A stretch of DNA of 64,000 nt from Hemiscyllium ocellatum (Eukaryota), in assembly GCF_020745735.1 (NCBI RefSeq), contig NW_026867487.1, positions 2,666,001 to 2,730,000 on the forward strand. Direction: 5' to 3'. The notes under the pieces were generated by a model, which made no database searches, was not told where the DNA came from, and saw nothing but the letters and a program-made list of their open reading frames with translations. Both the position numbers and the translations under genes were made by a program. Of the stretch, positions 61,908-64,000 are shown piece after piece. Within the stretch, counting starts at the first letter, position 1. Every line of letters begins with the position of its first letter.

Positions 61908-62220
61908 TTAGATTACTTACAGTGTGGAAACAGGCCCTTCGGCCCAACAAGTCCACACCGACCTGCTGAAGCGCAACCCACCCAGACCCATTCCCCTGCA
62001 TTTACCCCTGTCCCTAACACTACAGGCAATTTAACATGGTCAATTCACCTAACCTGTACAGTTTTGAACTGTGGGAGGAAACTGGAGCACCCAGAGGAAA
62101 CCCACACACTCACGGGGAGAATGTGCACACTCCACACTGTCAGTCGCCTGAGGCGTGAATTAAACCCTGGTCTCTGGCGCTGTGAGGCAGCAGTGCTAAC
62201 CACTGTGGCACTGTGCTGCA
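61908..62220 (-). mobile_element. tRNA-derived shark SINE (HE1/V-SINE type) with CR1 tail
   Basis: Reverse strand has a tRNA-like head (GCACAG..GTGGTTAGCACTGCTGCCTCACAGC), a central domain and a CR1-type 3' tail. Confidence 0.8.
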
Positions 62221-62689
62221 TCTACCAACCATGAAGCCTGGAAGTCCAGCACAGCTGGGAAAATACATGATTTTTACATTTTATTCCCTGGAATATGGGT
62301 GTCACTGGCAAGACCAGCATGCGTTGCCCCATGCCTACTTTCCTTTTAACTGAGTGACTTACTCAGCTATTTCAAATGTCATTAAACATCAAAAGTTTTG
62401 CTGTAACAGAAACAGAAATTGTTGGTGAAACTCAACAGATCTGGCAGCATTTGTCAAAAGAAAGCAGTTAATATTTTGAGTCCAGTGACACTGAATCAGA
62501 ATGAAAACAAACTGTGTCTGGAGAGATTTCCTTCTCTAAACAAATTCAGCAAACTGGATGGCTTTTCATAAAAATCAACAAACATTTCACAGTCACAAAG
62601 ACTGAGACTTGCTTTCGATTCCAGATTTTATTGATTAAATTTAAGTTTGAGCAGCGGTCACAGTGGGACATGAGCCGCTGTCCCCAGGG

Positions 62690-62830
62690 CATTAAGGTCT
62701 GCCAAAAACCTCGCTCCAGTTGAAAGAGCTGACTTTGACCGAGACTTGCAGACTGGCACATTCCAAGTTCAGGACCACATGCTGAGGGATGCACTAAAGC
62801 CAAAGTGCAATGGGCAAAGACCAACTATCT
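62690..62830 (+). mobile_element. Short Tx1 3' fragment
   Basis: Similar to 53000-53130. Confidence 0.65.
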
Positions 62831-63449
62831 AAGGCATTTCCATCAAAATATAACAAGTGTCTGTTAAAATTCATGATATCATTATAACCGGAATGGCTTC
62901 CATGATTCAGAATTGCATTTTTGTTGCAACTGGTTTGAAGCTTTTTTTGAGGAAACTCAAAATTCTACTAGTCTGTGTGGACATGTTTGTACTTTTGTAT
63001 TTTCCAATAATTTATGAACAAAGTATATTATGAAATTTGTAAAAAAAGTAAACCTGGACTGGTGGATTACTCATCAAATTGTTCAATCACCAGTCTCCAC
63101 CATCTTCTCCCTCACATTTTCGAGCCATTTTCTTCCACCATTATCAAGCAAATAATCCATCCCAATCTCATCTGGTGCTCACAGAATTCCTCTCACCATA
63201 TTTCAGCCACTTCAAACCATTTCCCAGAGTATGAGGAAATTACTGAATGTACGGGTTACGATGATAATGATGGAGTCTGATAATATTCCACTTGTGGTAC
63301 TGGAGACTCTCACACACATGTGCCCTGAGCAATGCTGTTCCAGTGCAACCACAAAACAAGCATCTGTCTGACACAGTTTCCCTGAACGGAGTTTTCTTTC
63401 TCTTCCCAAGGAATGCTGACCATTTGAAAGAACAGGACCTGGTGGGGGT

Positions 63450-63910
63450 GATAGTTTTTTTGGACATCCATCCAGAGTGGCCATTCCAATAAATCTGATT
63501 TTAAACAAGTTTTGCCTGAACACCTATCGATCCATTTTCAAGAAGGCCACATGCATTTTTTCATTGGTTCTCCCACTGAATCCAGAGGATGGAAGCATTG
63601 CTGATGGAATTTCTATTGCATTCTTCTATATCACTGATACACAGTACAGCACAGTACTGAAACACTGGAGTGTCGTGACAACAACTGCTCTATCTGCAAT
63701 GGTTTTCATTCACTTGTCAAAGTCCTGTTGTGAAACATTTGTTGCCTTAATTGGTGGAAGGCTGAACTGGTCAGATTTTGTTCTCCTCATTGATGGCAGC
63801 CTTTTTGAGATAGGGAACTGCCAAGGTATGGGAAGTCTCAACACAGTCCAGAGTCTCTCCTTCAACATATGTGGGGGTGGAATATTTGACTGGTCAGTTG
63901 TGGGTTGATC
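63450..63910 (-). mobile_element. Degenerate RTE-like LINE fragment
   Basis: The reverse strand resembles the F.YLGS...A.I.EE segment of RTE RT. The + strand ORF here is not credible. Confidence 0.45.
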
Positions 63911-64000
63911 TGAGTTTTATTTTGACAATATTCAAGAACAGGGTTATTGTCATAGTTTTGTAAAGAGGGGACTTGTAGAAATCTTTGTTGTAAGGCATTT

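Noticed and set aside
63477-63908. 143-aa plus-strand ORF
   Set aside because: Antisense to a degenerate RTE-like fragment, with no recognisable protein features.

Overview
Cartilaginous-fish (shark) genomic DNA. The first 23.5 kb hold the constant region of an immunoglobulin heavy-chain minilocus, best read as IgW (omega), on the + strand; V, D, J and the first C exons lie upstream of the window. Ten intact C-domain exons are visible: four tandem CH3-like/CH4-like exon pairs (modules A-D), then a CH5-like exon and a CH6-like exon with a secretory tailpiece. TM1 and TM2 exons follow. Three interspersed cysteine-rich alternative secretory exons sit after modules A, B and C; the B and C copies are not in the ORF track. 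Modules B and C are a recent 2.76-kb tandem duplication with microhomology at the junctions and signs of gene conversion. A 2.7-kb GC-rich minisatellite lies between modules A and B; its long ORFs are artefacts. The remaining 40 kb are repeat-derived: a 3-kb local duplication, Penelope-like elements with hammerhead-ribozyme cores (one in a 169-nt palindrome), a decayed endogenous retrovirus, Gypsy remnants, CR1/L2/RTE LINEs and SINEs. One Tx1-clade LINE starts with a U2 snRNA fragment lacking the branch-point recognition sequence, and its inverted target-site duplication reveals a local inversion. All coordinates and alignments were read by eye; repeat boundaries are approximate and family names come from recalled motifs, not database searches.
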